A DNA stretch of 63,137 bases, filler included, from 3 parts of 3 records of this genome joined end to end with filler, not necessarily neighbours in it, one strand, 5' to 3'; positions 51,652 to 62,346 are shown, numbered from the whole stretch's first letter. Translations and numbers: made by a program. Notes: generated by a model not told the origin, from the sequence alone.

Positions 51652-52809
51652 ATGTCACTGATCAAGGACACAACAACTTGGGCTTCCGATGAACACAAGA
51701 TGTTCGCGGACAGTACACGCAAACTGTTTGAGGCCGAAATGGCCCCGAATGTCGATAAATGGGCGGAACAAGGTATTGTCGACCGCGCGTTCTGGAAAAC
51801 GGTTGGCCAGCAGGGCGTTATGGGTGGTGCGATCGCCGAAGACTACGGCGGATCCGGCGGCGACATCGCATTTGATGCGATTGCCATTTACGAGCAGGGG
51901 CGCGTCGGAGACACGGGTTGGGGCTATGGCATCCAAACTATCGTTATCCATTACATCAACGCCTACGGCAGCGAAGAGCAGAAATCGAAGTGGTTGCCGC
52001 GGCTTATCAGCGGCGACAGTGTTGCGGCCATCGCCATGACCGAACCGGGAACGGGGTCCGATCTCCAGAACGTCCAGACCTATGCTGAAAAGGACGGCAA
52101 CCACTACAAGATCAACGGCTCGAAGATCTTTATCACCAACGGACATACCGCCGATCTTATCGTGGTCGTGGCCAAGACGGATCGCGGCGCCGGTGCGAAG
52201 GGCGTGTCACTGATCGTTCTTGAAACCGAGGAAGCGGAAGGCTTTCGCCGTGGGCGGAACCTTAAGAAGCTGGGCATGAAGGGATCCGACACAGCCGAGC
52301 TTTTCTTTGAGAATGTGCGCGTGCCCACCGCCAACCTGCTTGGCCCGGAAGAAGGGCAGGGGTTTTACCAGTTGATGAAGCAATTGCCGTGGGAGCGGCT
52401 GATGATCGGCATCACGGCGCTTGGCTTCATTGACTTCGCAATCGCCGAAACGGTCAAATACGTTCAGGATCGCAAGGCGTTCGGTAACCGGATCATGGAT
52501 TTCCAGAATACCCGGTTCAAACTTGCGGAATGCAAGACCAAGGCCGAATTGCTGCGCACGTTTGTCAATGACGGTATAACGCGGCTTGAGGCAGGCCAGC
52601 TTGATGCGGCCACGGCATCAATGGCGAAATGGTGGGGTAGCCAGACACAAAACGAGGTCATGCATGAATGTCTGCAGCTCCACGGTGGCTACGGCTTCAT
52701 GATGGAGTTCCCGATTGCCCGTCTTTATGCCGACAGCCGGGTCCAGATGATCTACGGTGGTACAAACGAGATCATGAAGGAGCTGATTGCGCGTTCAATG
52801 GACGTTTGA
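51652..52809 (+). CDS. acyl-CoA dehydrogenase (long-chain type)
   Basis: IAMTEPGTGSDL, GSKIFITNG, LQLHGGYG and IYGGTNEIMK. Confidence 0.95.
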   Translation: MSLIKDTTTWASDEHKMFADSTRKLFEAEMAPNVDKWAEQGIVDRAFWKTVGQQGVMGGAIAEDYGGSGGDIAFDAIAIYEQGRVGDTGWGYGIQTIVIHYINAYGSEEQKSKWLPRLISGDSVAAIAMTEPGTGSDLQNVQTYAEKDGNHYKINGSKIFITNGHTADLIVVVAKTDRGAGAKGVSLIVLETEEAEGFRRGRNLKKLGMKGSDTAELFFENVRVPTANLLGPEEGQGFYQLMKQLPWERLMIGITALGFIDFAIAETVKYVQDRKAFGNRIMDFQNTRFKLAECKTKAELLRTFVNDGITRLEAGQLDAATASMAKWWGSQTQNEVMHECLQLHGGYGFMMEFPIARLYADSRVQMIYGGTNEIMKELIARSMDV

Positions 52810-52830
52810 TTCCGCCGGGGCCGGCCGAGG

Positions 52831-53997
52831 TTACTTTTCGTCCGGCCCCAGAATCTCTTTACTATGCTCGCCCAGGCGAGGCGCAGGACAGTGATCGTGC
52901 CGCGCAGGTGTCGCCGAGAAATGAATCGGCGGGCGTGTTGTCCAGATTGTACCTTCGGTCGGATGATCAATTTGCTGAAAGAAACCGGTCGCGGCAAGAT
53001 GCGGGTCGCTTGGCAGGTCCGACAGGTTGCGGACCGGCATGGCGGGAATGTCTGCTTGCTCCATCAGGGTAAGCCACTCTTCCGTCGATCGTGTCAGTGC
53101 AATCTGGGCCACCATATCGTATACCGCGCCGATGTTGCGGCTGCGGGTATCCATATCGGTCACCCAGGGATGTTCGACCATGTCGTTCCGATCAACCACC
53201 TGGAAGAACCTGGCCCACTGTACGTTGGTGTAGGGTAAAATCGTGATGTAGCCGTCTGCCGTCTGAACCGGGCGGCGGTGGGGCACCAGCATCCGTGAGT
53301 AACCAAAACTCTGCGGCGTGTCTTCGAATGTGGCCGCATCCATATGTTCGGCCAACAGAAACGCCGTCAAAGTCTCGAACATCGGCACTTCGACATGCTG
53401 GGCCTCGCCGGTGCGCTGACGGTGGAACAGCGCGGACATCACGGCATAGGCCGCCGTCACCCCGCCAAGCTTGTCGGCGAGGATTGTCGGCGCATAGGCC
53501 GGCGCAGCGTCGGGGTCGCGCAGCGTTGCCAGGCTGGCGAACCCCGAAACCGACTGGACAATGTCGTCGAAGGCGGGTTTGGCGGCATAGGGACCGTCCT
53601 GGCCGAAACCGGTGGCGGATACCGTGATCAGGTCCGGATACGCGCGACGCAGCGTTTCGGGATCCAGCGATAATCGGGCAAGCGCCGCAGGCCGGATGCT
53701 CGAAATCATTACGTCGGCGTCTTTCAGCAGCTTGCGCAACTGATCTTGCCCGGTTCTCTCCTTCAGGTCGAGAACCACACTACGCTTGTTACGGTTGGCA
53801 CCCAGAAAGGCGGCCCCCATCAACTTGTTGTTTGATGGCTGGACCTGCCGCAAAAGATCGCCCTCAGGGGCTTCCACCTTGATCACATCAGCCCCCAGAT
53901 CGCCCAGCATCTGCGTAGCCAAGGGGCCGAACACCACTGACGTCAGGTCGATGATCCTGACACCCTCCAGGATTGCGGTGTTCTTTGCGGTGGTCAT
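52831..53997 (-). CDS. CaiB/BaiF family III CoA transferase
   Basis: LGDLGADVIKVE, NRNKRS, GFGQDGPY and AFDD. Confidence 0.93.
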   Translation of the reverse strand: MTTAKNTAILEGVRIIDLTSVVFGPLATQMLGDLGADVIKVEAPEGDLLRQVQPSNNKLMGAAFLGANRNKRSVVLDLKERTGQDQLRKLLKDADVMISSIRPAALARLSLDPETLRRAYPDLITVSATGFGQDGPYAAKPAFDDIVQSVSGFASLATLRDPDAAPAYAPTILADKLGGVTAAYAVMSALFHRQRTGEAQHVEVPMFETLTAFLLAEHMDAATFEDTPQSFGYSRMLVPHRRPVQTADGYITILPYTNVQWARFFQVVDRNDMVEHPWVTDMDTRSRNIGAVYDMVAQIALTRSTEEWLTLMEQADIPAMPVRNLSDLPSDPHLAATGFFQQIDHPTEGTIWTTRPPIHFSATPARHDHCPAPRLGEHSKEILGPDEK

Positions 53998-54015
53998 TTG
54001 CAGTGATTTCCAGTT

Positions 54016-55161
54016 CTAGGAGTGAGAGCCGAACTCGGCGCGAAGGGCGGCGCCGTCGGCATCGAAACCTGGCGAAGGGCCAAGCGCGGGCTCGGACCCG
54101 TTGCGCCGTATCGGAGGCATTGCGACACTGACTGGACCGGAGGGCGTTCCGATGGTCGAACGGTCGAGTTGGGGATGATCCGACAGCGAGCCCACGTCGT
54201 TCACTGCCGCCGATGCGATGCCCGCACTATCCAGCAGCTGCAGAAGCCCGGCACGTTCGTGCGTGCCGAACACGGTCTTGATAAGGGATTCGAGCTCGGA
54301 TCTGTGCTGAATCCTGGCCGAATTGTCGTGGAATCGTGGATCACTGGCCAACGCCGGGTTCCCTAGAATCTGGGTACAGAACCGTTCCCATTCGCGGCTG
54401 TTCTGGACAGATATGACGACCAGATCACCGCCCTGGCAGCGAAACGCGCCGTAAGGGCAGATGACAGAGTGCCCAAGGCCGGTCCTCGGCGTGGGTTGAT
54501 TGGCGTAGTCGTGAAAGAGCAGGGGAACCGCCATCCAATCGGCCATGACGTCGAACATCGCAACCGACACACCGCTTCCTTCGCCGGTGCGATCACGCCC
54601 CACCAGCGCTTCGCAGATTCCGGCGTGTGCCGTCATTCCGGTGGCGATGTCGCAGACCGAAACGCCAACCCGGCCCGGCGCGTCCGGCGTACCGGTCACC
54701 GAGGCGAGGCCGCTTTCACATTGCACCAGAAGGTCATAGGCCTTGGCATTTCGCATTGGACCGTCCTCGCCGTATCCGGTGATGTCGCACGTCACAAGGC
54801 GCGGAAACTTCTGCCGCAGCGTGGCAGAATCAAGCTCCAGTTTCTTCAGCGCGCCGGGAAGGAGGTTTTGAATGAACACATCCGCGTTTTGCAGCATTCT
54901 CAGCAAAATTTCACGGTCTTCCGCGTCCTTGATATCCAGCGCGACCGACTCCTTGCCGCGATTCAGCCAAGTGAAATAGGCGCTTTCGCCGTTTGCAGCC
55001 CTGTCATAACCGCGCGCGAAATCACCTGCGCCCTTACGTTCGATCTTGATTACACGCGCGCCGGCATCGGCCAGCCGGGAAGAGCAAAAAGGTGCGGCAA
55101 CCGCCTGTTCGAGCGCAACGACGAGTTTGCCTGAGAGGGGGGCTGCATCTGAACCTGACAT
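54016..55161 (-). CDS. CaiB/BaiF family III CoA transferase
   Basis: LEQAVAAP, GARVIKIER, LNRGKES and AYDLLVQ. Confidence 0.93.
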   Translation of the reverse strand: MSGSDAAPLSGKLVVALEQAVAAPFCSSRLADAGARVIKIERKGAGDFARGYDRAANGESAYFTWLNRGKESVALDIKDAEDREILLRMLQNADVFIQNLLPGALKKLELDSATLRQKFPRLVTCDITGYGEDGPMRNAKAYDLLVQCESGLASVTGTPDAPGRVGVSVCDIATGMTAHAGICEALVGRDRTGEGSGVSVAMFDVMADWMAVPLLFHDYANQPTPRTGLGHSVICPYGAFRCQGGDLVVISVQNSREWERFCTQILGNPALASDPRFHDNSARIQHRSELESLIKTVFGTHERAGLLQLLDSAGIASAAVNDVGSLSDHPQLDRSTIGTPSGPVSVAMPPIRRNGSEPALGPSPGFDADGAALRAEFGSHS

Positions 55162-55188
55162 GGCGACCTCGCGTTTGTTCCAAGGAGC

Positions 55189-55213
55189 TTGACAAAATCT
55201 AACAGATGTTAGA
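55189..55213. promoter_or_regulatory. TTGACA -35 box plus palindromic operator TCTAACA-GA-TGTTAGA
   Basis: Perfect 7-bp arms at 55198-55213 in a divergent promoter region. Confidence 0.75.
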
Positions 55214-55265
55214 AATAAGAGCAATACGCTCAATCAGATAGTGGATCATTTGAAGGAGACCGCAG

Positions 55266-55643
55266 GTGCCGAACACCAAAGGGCCAGACCAGATTTTTCA
55301 GCGCGCTCTAGCCGAACAGGAAATCCTGCTTCCCAAATGTGATGACTGCGGGGCCTTTCACTTCTTTCCGAGGGTCCTGTGTCCGCACTGCCATGGCACT
55401 GCAATTTCATGGCAACGTGCGAGCGGCAAAGGCCGGGTCCACACCACCACTGTCGTGCGCCGCAAGCCCGAGCGCGGCGGTGACTACAACGTGTGTATGG
55501 TCGAACTGGAGGAAGGCGTTCGGATGATGAGCCGGGTCGAGGGGATCGCCCCAGGTGATGTCGTCATTGATATGGCCGTGACCGCCTTCGTGGGCGCGGC
55601 CGAGGATACCCCGATTGTGCTTTTCAGACCGGCGGAGGTATAA
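55266..55643 (+). CDS. DUF35 Zn-ribbon/OB-fold protein
   Basis: CDDC...PRVLCPHC, ASGKGRV and VELEEGVRMMS. Confidence 0.92.
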   Translation: MPNTKGPDQIFQRALAEQEILLPKCDDCGAFHFFPRVLCPHCHGTAISWQRASGKGRVHTTTVVRRKPERGGDYNVCMVELEEGVRMMSRVEGIAPGDVVIDMAVTAFVGAAEDTPIVLFRPAEV

Positions 55644-55646
55644 CGC

Positions 55647-56798
55647 ATGACTGATCAACTTCGGGGAAAATCCGCGATTGTGGGCACCGGACACGCCGGT
55701 TTCGGCGAGGCGCACGGGCTGACGTCCTTCGATGTGATGGCACAGTCCGCGCTTGCAGCGCTTGGGGATGCCGGGCTGAAGCTATCGGACGTGGACGGGC
55801 TGTTCTGTACCATGATGGAAGACAGCATGCCGGCGCTCATGGCAGCCGAATATCTTGGCATTCAGCCCCGCTTCATCGACGGTACCATGTCGGGGGGGTC
55901 GTCATTCGTGAATTATCTGACATCCGCGACCATGGCGCTGGACGCCGGTTTGTGTGATGTCGCGCTGATCGTCTACGGCTCCAACCAACGCACCGCGTCG
56001 GGCAAGCTGGTGACGGCTTCGCGCCCGCCAGCCTATGAAGCGCCGTATAATCCGCGCTATCCGATTTCCGGTTATGCGATGGCGGCGGCACGTCACATGC
56101 ATGAATACGGCACCACCCGCGAACAACTGGCCGATGTGGCGGTGGCCGCCCGGGCTTGGGCGCGGCACAACCCCGAAGCGTTCGAGCGCGGCCCGCTGAC
56201 CCGTGAGGACGTGCTGGGTGCGCGCATGGTAGGTGATCCGCTGACGGTGCGCGATTGCTGTCTGGTGACAGATGGCGGCGGCGCCATCGTGTTGGTCCGT
56301 GCGGATCGAGCAAGGGATTTCCCCAAGCCGCCCGTCTATGTTCTGGGCAGTGCGGCGCAAAGCGCGCACAGGCAGATTTCGCAGATGAAGGACTTTACAG
56401 TGACCGCGGCCCGCGAATCGGGCAAACGCGCCTTTGCGGCGGCGGGGGTGTCTCCGGGCGATATTCAGGCGGTTGAGCTATATGACGCCTTTACCATCAA
56501 CACGATCCTGTTTCTCGAAGACCTTGGTTTCTGTGCCAAGGGCGAGGGCGGTGCCTTTGTAGAGGGCGGACGCATCGCGCCGGACGGCGTCCTGCCGGTG
56601 AACACAAATGGCGGGGGTCTGTCCTGCGTGCATCCTGGCATGTACGGTATTTTCACCGTCATCGAGGCGGCGCGCCAAATCCGGGGCGATGCGCCCGGCA
56701 TTCAGTTGAACGATATCGACGTGGCTCTGGCACATGGCAACGGCGGCGTGCTGTCCAGTCAGGTCACGGCCATTCTGGGCTCACAAGCCACGCTCTGA
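55647..56798 (+). CDS. SCP2/Ltp2-type thiolase-like protein
   Basis: DCCLVTDGGGA, LYDAFT and NTNGGGLS..HPGMYG. Confidence 0.92.
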   Translation: MTDQLRGKSAIVGTGHAGFGEAHGLTSFDVMAQSALAALGDAGLKLSDVDGLFCTMMEDSMPALMAAEYLGIQPRFIDGTMSGGSSFVNYLTSATMALDAGLCDVALIVYGSNQRTASGKLVTASRPPAYEAPYNPRYPISGYAMAAARHMHEYGTTREQLADVAVAARAWARHNPEAFERGPLTREDVLGARMVGDPLTVRDCCLVTDGGGAIVLVRADRARDFPKPPVYVLGSAAQSAHRQISQMKDFTVTAARESGKRAFAAAGVSPGDIQAVELYDAFTINTILFLEDLGFCAKGEGGAFVEGGRIAPDGVLPVNTNGGGLSCVHPGMYGIFTVIEAARQIRGDAPGIQLNDIDVALAHGNGGVLSSQVTAILGSQATL

Positions 56799-56821
56799 CG
56801 ACGATCAAGGGAGGAAAGATC

Positions 56822-57679
56822 ATGCCACTGGATTTCGAAGCACTTTCAGACTGGGATTTTGAAGAGATTCGGCAGTCGCTGACCGAGCGAGATACCATAC
56901 TCTACGCACTCGGCCTGGGATTCGGGGAGGACCCGACCGACAAGAAGGAACTGGCTTTTGTCTATGAGGACGGCCTGAAGGCGGTTCCCTCAATGGCCGT
57001 CACGATGGGGTATCCCGGCTTCTGGCTGCGCGACCCCAGGACCGGCGTGAACTGGCAGCAGGTGCTGCACGGCGAGCAATGGCTGGATATCTACAAGCCG
57101 TTGCCCGTGAACGGCAATATCATCGGCCGCAGTAAGATCGACTTTATCTCCGACAAGGGCGAGGGCAAGGGTGCGGTCATCTACCAAAGCCGTGAAATCA
57201 TCGACGCGGACAGCGGTGAAAAGCTGGCACGCGTCGCGATGTCGGCGTTCTGCCGGGGCGATGGTGGGTTCGGCGGCGAGAACAAGCCCGGGCCCGCACC
57301 CGCTGTGTTGCCGGACCGCGCGCCAGACCACATATGTGATATCGAAACTTTGCCGCGTCAGGCGCTGATCTACCGTCTCAGCGGTGACTACAACCCGCTG
57401 CATGCAGACCCTGATGTTGCCCGCTCGGTTGGGTTTGATCGGCCGATCCTGCACGGCCTGGCGACCTATGGCCTCGCAGCGCGGGCGATCCTGAAGACCT
57501 CGCTTGACTATGATGCCTCCCGACTGGTCGGACTGGACGTCCGGTTCTCTGCACCCGTCTATCCCGGCGAAACCGTGCGGTTCGAAATCTGGGAAGAGGA
57601 TGGTCAGGCCCGGTTCCGCGCGTCCATACCGGAACGCGATGTCGTGGTTCTGAACAATGGCGCCGCGCGTTTCGCGTGA
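56822..57679 (+). CDS. double-hotdog MaoC-type (R)-enoyl-CoA hydratase
   Basis: LHGEQ and YRLSGDYNPLHADP...ILHGL. Confidence 0.92.
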   Translation: MPLDFEALSDWDFEEIRQSLTERDTILYALGLGFGEDPTDKKELAFVYEDGLKAVPSMAVTMGYPGFWLRDPRTGVNWQQVLHGEQWLDIYKPLPVNGNIIGRSKIDFISDKGEGKGAVIYQSREIIDADSGEKLARVAMSAFCRGDGGFGGENKPGPAPAVLPDRAPDHICDIETLPRQALIYRLSGDYNPLHADPDVARSVGFDRPILHGLATYGLAARAILKTSLDYDASRLVGLDVRFSAPVYPGETVRFEIWEEDGQARFRASIPERDVVVLNNGAARFA

Positions 57680-57689
57680 GGTAAGGCAG

Positions 57690-58826
57690 ATGGCGCAACC
57701 GCTCAAGGATATACTGGTGCTGGATTTCAGCACCCTTCTTCCCGGTCCGATGGCGACGCTCATGCTGTCCGAGGCCGGCGCCGAAGTGGTCAAGTTCGAG
57801 CGTCCCGGCACAGGTGAGGACGCGCGCCATACCGATCCCATGATCGACGGTGAAAGCATCGGGTTTGCCGTGCTGAACCAGGGTAAACGGTCGGTGGCGC
57901 TCGATCTAAAGGCAGAGAACGCGGTGAATATATTGCGCCCCCTGCTGGAAAAGGCAGATGTTCTGGTAGAGCAGTTCCGTCCGGGCGTGATGGGACGGCT
58001 TGGATTGGGATACGAGGCCGTGCGAGCGATCAATCCGGGAATCGTCTACTGTTCGATCACTGGCTATGGCCAGACCGGGCCAAAGGCCACCGCAGCGGGC
58101 CACGATCTTAATTACGTGGGCGACGCGGGCGTCCTGTCGCTGAGCCGAGGACCGGAAGCCCACCCAACGATGCCGTTCGGGCTGATCGCGGATATCGGGG
58201 GTGGCACTTACCCCGCTGTGGTGAACATCCTGCTTGCGCTGATAGCGCGGCAGAAAACCGGCAAGGGCGCGCATCTGGATATCGCGATGGCCGAGGGCGC
58301 GTTTGCCTTTGCTTATTGGGCCCATGCCGAAGGCGTGATCGCCGGGCAGGACATCGAGAACGGCGGCGGCCGTCTGACCGGAGGATTGGCGCGCTATCGG
58401 CTGTACTCAGCCGCAGATGGCCGGCAAATCGCGGTCGGAGCGCTGGAAGAAAAGTTCTGGCAGGCATTCTGTGATGTCATCGATCAGCCTGCGGACCTTA
58501 GGGACGACTGGAGCGACCCGGAAGGCTGCAGCGCCGAAGTGGCACGACGTTTGGGAAGCCAGCCTTCGACTCACTGGGAACCGCTGCTGGTGGCGGCTGA
58601 TTGTTGCTGTTCCGTCGTGAAAACGCCCGCCGAAGCCGCGACCGATCCGCATTTCAGTGCGCGTGGCGTGTTTGACCGGAAACTGGATATCTCCGGCAAG
58701 TCCGTGCCCGCGCTTCCTTTGCCGATTGCGCCGGAATTCCGCGTTTCGAAGGATGTAGCGGGGCGCGCTGCCTCTTTGGGAGAAGACAATCTTCACTATG
58801 GTGCCGAACCACGGGATTCAGAGTGA
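57690..58826 (+). CDS. CaiB/BaiF family protein (alpha-methylacyl-CoA racemase-like)
   Basis: LLPGP, EQFRPGVM and AGHDLNY. Confidence 0.9.
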   Translation: MAQPLKDILVLDFSTLLPGPMATLMLSEAGAEVVKFERPGTGEDARHTDPMIDGESIGFAVLNQGKRSVALDLKAENAVNILRPLLEKADVLVEQFRPGVMGRLGLGYEAVRAINPGIVYCSITGYGQTGPKATAAGHDLNYVGDAGVLSLSRGPEAHPTMPFGLIADIGGGTYPAVVNILLALIARQKTGKGAHLDIAMAEGAFAFAYWAHAEGVIAGQDIENGGGRLTGGLARYRLYSAADGRQIAVGALEEKFWQAFCDVIDQPADLRDDWSDPEGCSAEVARRLGSQPSTHWEPLLVAADCCCSVVKTPAEAATDPHFSARGVFDRKLDISGKSVPALPLPIAPEFRVSKDVAGRAASLGEDNLHYGAEPRDSE

Positions 58827-58874
58827 ATCCCGTTGACGGACCATCCTTCATTCATTAATCTAACAGGTGTTAGA
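58811..58874 (+). promoter_or_regulatory. hairpin, TTGACG -35 box and operator TCTAACA-GG-TGTTAGA
   Basis: ACGGGATTCA-GAG-TGAATCCCGT stem (58811-58833); operator at 58859-58874. Confidence 0.7.
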
Positions 58875-58887
58875 AAAGGGGGATCCT

Positions 58888-59607
58888 ATGCCACAGTCCG
58901 TAGATGACCTGCCTGCCGAAGCAGAGCGCTACGTCATGCCGGCGCATTTTGTCGAAAGCGACAGCCTTGAAGTCCAGGGGTTCGTGTCCAACGCCTTGCG
59001 TGATATTCCCTCCGACGCGTCCCGCCGTGACAAGGCGATCCGGCTTTTCGAGGCGGTTCGTGATGACATCCGATACGATCCCTATTGCTTCGCGCTGGAT
59101 GAAGATTCCTATCGCGCCAGCAGAATCGCCGGTGCGGAGGCGGCGTTTTGCGTGCCCAAGGCAATCCTTCTTGCGGCCTGTCTGAGAGCCGTCGGCATCC
59201 CCGCCGCAGTGGGGTTTGCAGATGTACGAAACCACCTGAACACGCCCAAGCTGCAAGAGTTGATGGGCACTGACCTCTTCATCTATCACGGCTATGTTCA
59301 ACTTTGGCTTGATGGTGAGTCCTACAAGGTCACGCCCGCCTTCAACATGGAGCTGTGCGAACGATTCGGGGTGAAGCCGCTGGTCTTCGACGGGTATCAC
59401 GATGCTCTCTTCCACGAATTCGACGAACAGAACCACCGGCACATGGAATATGTGAATGACCGGGGTCTCTACGTCGACGCGCCGATCACGGAGTTCCTCC
59501 AGGCCTTCAAGGAAACCTATCCAAAACTGGAAGAGTTCAACCGCGTGCGAATTTCCAGCGATTCGGCCGGGTACGATGCGGGTTTCTCAAAGGAGGGGAC
59601 ATCTTGA
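58888..59607 (+). CDS. transglutaminase-like family protein
   Basis: VRDDIRYDPY, FCVPKAILLAA, ADVRNHL and YHGY. Confidence 0.88.
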   Translation: MPQSVDDLPAEAERYVMPAHFVESDSLEVQGFVSNALRDIPSDASRRDKAIRLFEAVRDDIRYDPYCFALDEDSYRASRIAGAEAAFCVPKAILLAACLRAVGIPAAVGFADVRNHLNTPKLQELMGTDLFIYHGYVQLWLDGESYKVTPAFNMELCERFGVKPLVFDGYHDALFHEFDEQNHRHMEYVNDRGLYVDAPITEFLQAFKETYPKLEEFNRVRISSDSAGYDAGFSKEGTS

Positions 59608-60053
59608 AATATCTGGAGGACTTCGCGCCGGGCCAGGTTTTTCGCTTTCATAGCGAGCCGATGAGCAAGGAGGCCATCATAGCCTTCGCCGAGGAATGGG
59701 ACCCGCAACGGCTGCACACCGACGAAGACTATGCGACCACCGTGCACGGTGGACTGATTGCCTCGGGCTTTCAGACGATGCTTGAGGTGTTCAAGCCGAT
59801 CATGACCGAGTTCATGGTTGGTGTTGCCAACATCGGCGGCATCGGATTCGATAACCTGCGCTGGTTGCGTCCCGTGCGCCCGAATGAACCGCTCGATATC
59901 GAATTGACGGTAAACTCGGTCACGCCGTCGAAAAGCAAACCCGACCGTGGCGTTCTGAACTATACACTCAGTGCAAAAAACCCAAAGGGTGAGGTCGTTT
60001 TTTCGACCGATACGCCCGTAATGATCCAGCGAAAACAGAATGACCCAGACTGA
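59604..60053 (+). CDS. MaoC family dehydratase
   Basis: FAEEWDPQRLHTD, GLIASG and LRWLRPVRP. Confidence 0.9.
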   Translation: MKYLEDFAPGQVFRFHSEPMSKEAIIAFAEEWDPQRLHTDEDYATTVHGGLIASGFQTMLEVFKPIMTEFMVGVANIGGIGFDNLRWLRPVRPNEPLDIELTVNSVTPSKSKPDRGVLNYTLSAKNPKGEVVFSTDTPVMIQRKQNDPD

Positions 60054-61164
60054 TATGCAACCAAGCGACCAACAAGACCTTCGCATGCTGCGTGAAAGTG
60101 CGCGGACCCTGTTCGAGCGCGCGGGCGGTAGTGGACGGTCCAGAAAACTGCGCGATGCCGGTGGCGGCTGGGATGCGGATATGATCCGCGAAATGGCCGA
60201 GGCTGGCATTTTCGGTGTGACCTTACCGGAGGAAAACGGCGGGCTGGGCATGGGCCTGGCTGCCGGCGGCGTCATCGCCGAGGAAGTGGGCCGGGTGATT
60301 GCCCCGGAACCGGTGGTGGTGACAGTCGGGCTGAGCCTTGGACTTCTGCGCCGTCTTTGCCCGGACCATGCCATGATGGAACAGCTTGTTGAGGGGGCCA
60401 CCGTATTGGCCGTCGCCTGGCAGGAGCGCGGACCGAACGGTGGTCCCGCCGAGCCGAGTTGTCGTTACGCCGACGGAAAGCTGACCGGCGGCAAGGCCTG
60501 GGTCGCCGGCGCAGGCGGGGCAGGGGGTTTCCTCGTCGTGGCCGAAGGGGATGCCGGTCCGGTTCTTGTGCTGGCGGAAGCCGGTGCGGACGGGCTGTCC
60601 GTCGAAGAGCGCAGGCAGGCCGATGGCAGCGCGATGGGCGAGCTTTCGTTCTCGGGCACGCCTGCGGGAGAATTGGCCAGTGGGGGTGCGGTTCGGGCCG
60701 CGCTCGCCGAGGCGGTCAATGACGCAACGGCGCTTGCCGCCGCCGAGCTTGTCGGTCTGAGCGAGCGCGCCTTCGAAATCACTCTGGATTACATCAAGAC
60801 CCGGGAGCAATTCGACAAGCCCATCGGATCGTTTCAGGTCATCCAGCACCGTGCTGTCGACCTGAACGTGATGTGCGAGGTCGCACAATCGGGGGTGCGC
60901 GAAGCTCTCGGGCTGATGGATCGCCAAACCGATCCGAAAGCACGGGCGCGACTTGCCAGCCGGGCCAAGGCTCGCGCGGTCACGGCTGCCAAGAAGATCA
61001 CGCGCGACGCGATCCAGCTGCATGGTGCGGTCGGGTATACGGACGAGTTCGAGATCGCGCTTTACCTCAACCGCGCACTGGTTCTTTCCGCGTGGTTGGG
61101 TGACGACGCCTATCACAGACGGCTTTGGTTCGAAGCGCGAGAAGAGGAAGGAGCCGCACAATGA
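60040..61164 (+). CDS. acyl-CoA dehydrogenase-like subunit (short partner)
   Basis: REQFDKPIGSFQ and IQLHGAVGYTDE; lacks the typical TEP and GGT-E motifs. Confidence 0.88.
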   Translation: MTQTDMQPSDQQDLRMLRESARTLFERAGGSGRSRKLRDAGGGWDADMIREMAEAGIFGVTLPEENGGLGMGLAAGGVIAEEVGRVIAPEPVVVTVGLSLGLLRRLCPDHAMMEQLVEGATVLAVAWQERGPNGGPAEPSCRYADGKLTGGKAWVAGAGGAGGFLVVAEGDAGPVLVLAEAGADGLSVEERRQADGSAMGELSFSGTPAGELASGGAVRAALAEAVNDATALAAAELVGLSERAFEITLDYIKTREQFDKPIGSFQVIQHRAVDLNVMCEVAQSGVREALGLMDRQTDPKARARLASRAKARAVTAAKKITRDAIQLHGAVGYTDEFEIALYLNRALVLSAWLGDDAYHRRLWFEAREEEGAAQ

Positions 61165-62312
61165 CCGATTGGAACGCAATGAGCGATGCGGATTTCCGCA
61201 AGGAAGTGCGCGGTTTTTTCGAAGCGGAATATCCCGAGGACCTGCGCAATCTGCCGCACCGTCCCAAATTTGCCGAGATCGAACATTGGCATCGCAAGCT
61301 GCACGCGAAAGGCTGGGTCGCACCGGCCTGGCCTGCAGAATACGGCGGTATGGGGCTGAACGCAGCCAAGCTGCTTATCTATTACGAAGAGCAGCAGCGC
61401 TGGGGCGTGAATCGCGGGCGCGATATGGGCGTGCAGATGGTCGGACCGTTGATTATCAAGTTCGGTACCCAGGAACAGAAAGACTATTGGCTGCCCCGTA
61501 TTTTGAGTTGTGAAGACATCTGGTGCCAAGGCTATTCCGAGCCGGGCGCCGGGTCCGATCTGGCCAATCTGCGCACCCGCGCAGAGACCGATGGCGACGA
61601 CTTCGTCATCAACGGGCAGAAAATCTGGACCACGATGGCGCATGACGCAACCCACATCTTCATGCTGGTGCGGACCGATCAGGCCACCCCAAAGAAGCAG
61701 CAGGGCATCAGTTTCCTGCTTGCGCCGATGGATCAGCCGGGTGTCGAAGTGCGTACGATCACCACCTTGTCGGGGGAGACTGAGTTTTGCGAGGTGTTCT
61801 TTGATGATGCCCGGACGCCGCGCGCGAACCTGGTCGGTGAGCTTAACAAGGGCTGGACGATGGCCAAGGCGCTGCTGAGCTTCGAGCGTATTTTCATCGG
61901 GGCGCCGAACCTGGCTCAAAATGCACTGGGCCAGCTTGAGAGCTTTGCCCGTGGACGGGGCGCTTTTGAAGACCCTGTCTTCCGCGACCGTTTTGCCCAG
62001 GCCGCCCTCGATGTCGAGGATCATGCCGCTCTCTATTCGCGATTCGCCGATCAGCTCAAGCGTGGCGAAACGCTGGGCGCGGATGTCTCGATGCTCAAGA
62101 TCTGGGTGACCGAATGCTTCCAGCGCATCACCGAACTGATGATCGAGGCGGCTGGCCCCGATGGCGGCACGGTCGGCCCACTGCAGGTCGGCAATGTAAA
62201 CGTCGACGTTCTGGCGAGCTTTTACAAGGCACGACCGACAACGATCTACGGCGGATCAAACGAAATTCAGCGCAACATCCTGTCCAAGGCCGTCCTCGGA
62301 TTGCCTGGCTGA
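61161..62312 (+). CDS. acyl-CoA dehydrogenase (catalytic partner)
   Basis: [22 protein letters not shown] and [13 protein letters not shown]. Confidence 0.93.
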   Translation: MTDWNAMSDADFRKEVRGFFEAEYPEDLRNLPHRPKFAEIEHWHRKLHAKGWVAPAWPAEYGGMGLNAAKLLIYYEEQQRWGVNRGRDMGVQMVGPLIIKFGTQEQKDYWLPRILSCEDIWCQGYSEPGAGSDLANLRTRAETDGDDFVINGQKIWTTMAHDATHIFMLVRTDQATPKKQQGISFLLAPMDQPGVEVRTITTLSGETEFCEVFFDDARTPRANLVGELNKGWTMAKALLSFERIFIGAPNLAQNALGQLESFARGRGAFEDPVFRDRFAQAALDVEDHAALYSRFADQLKRGETLGADVSMLKIWVTECFQRITELMIEAAGPDGGTVGPLQVGNVNVDVLASFYKARPTTIYGGSNEIQRNILSKAVLGLPG

Positions 62313-62346
62313 ACCCACATCAATATCAAAACAAAGGAAAAGAAGC

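Noticed and set aside
62106-62115. GTGACCGAAT, a possible third recombinase site (shufflon)
   Set aside because: Only a half-site, inside an ACAD coding region on another contig; no further full sites were seen by eye
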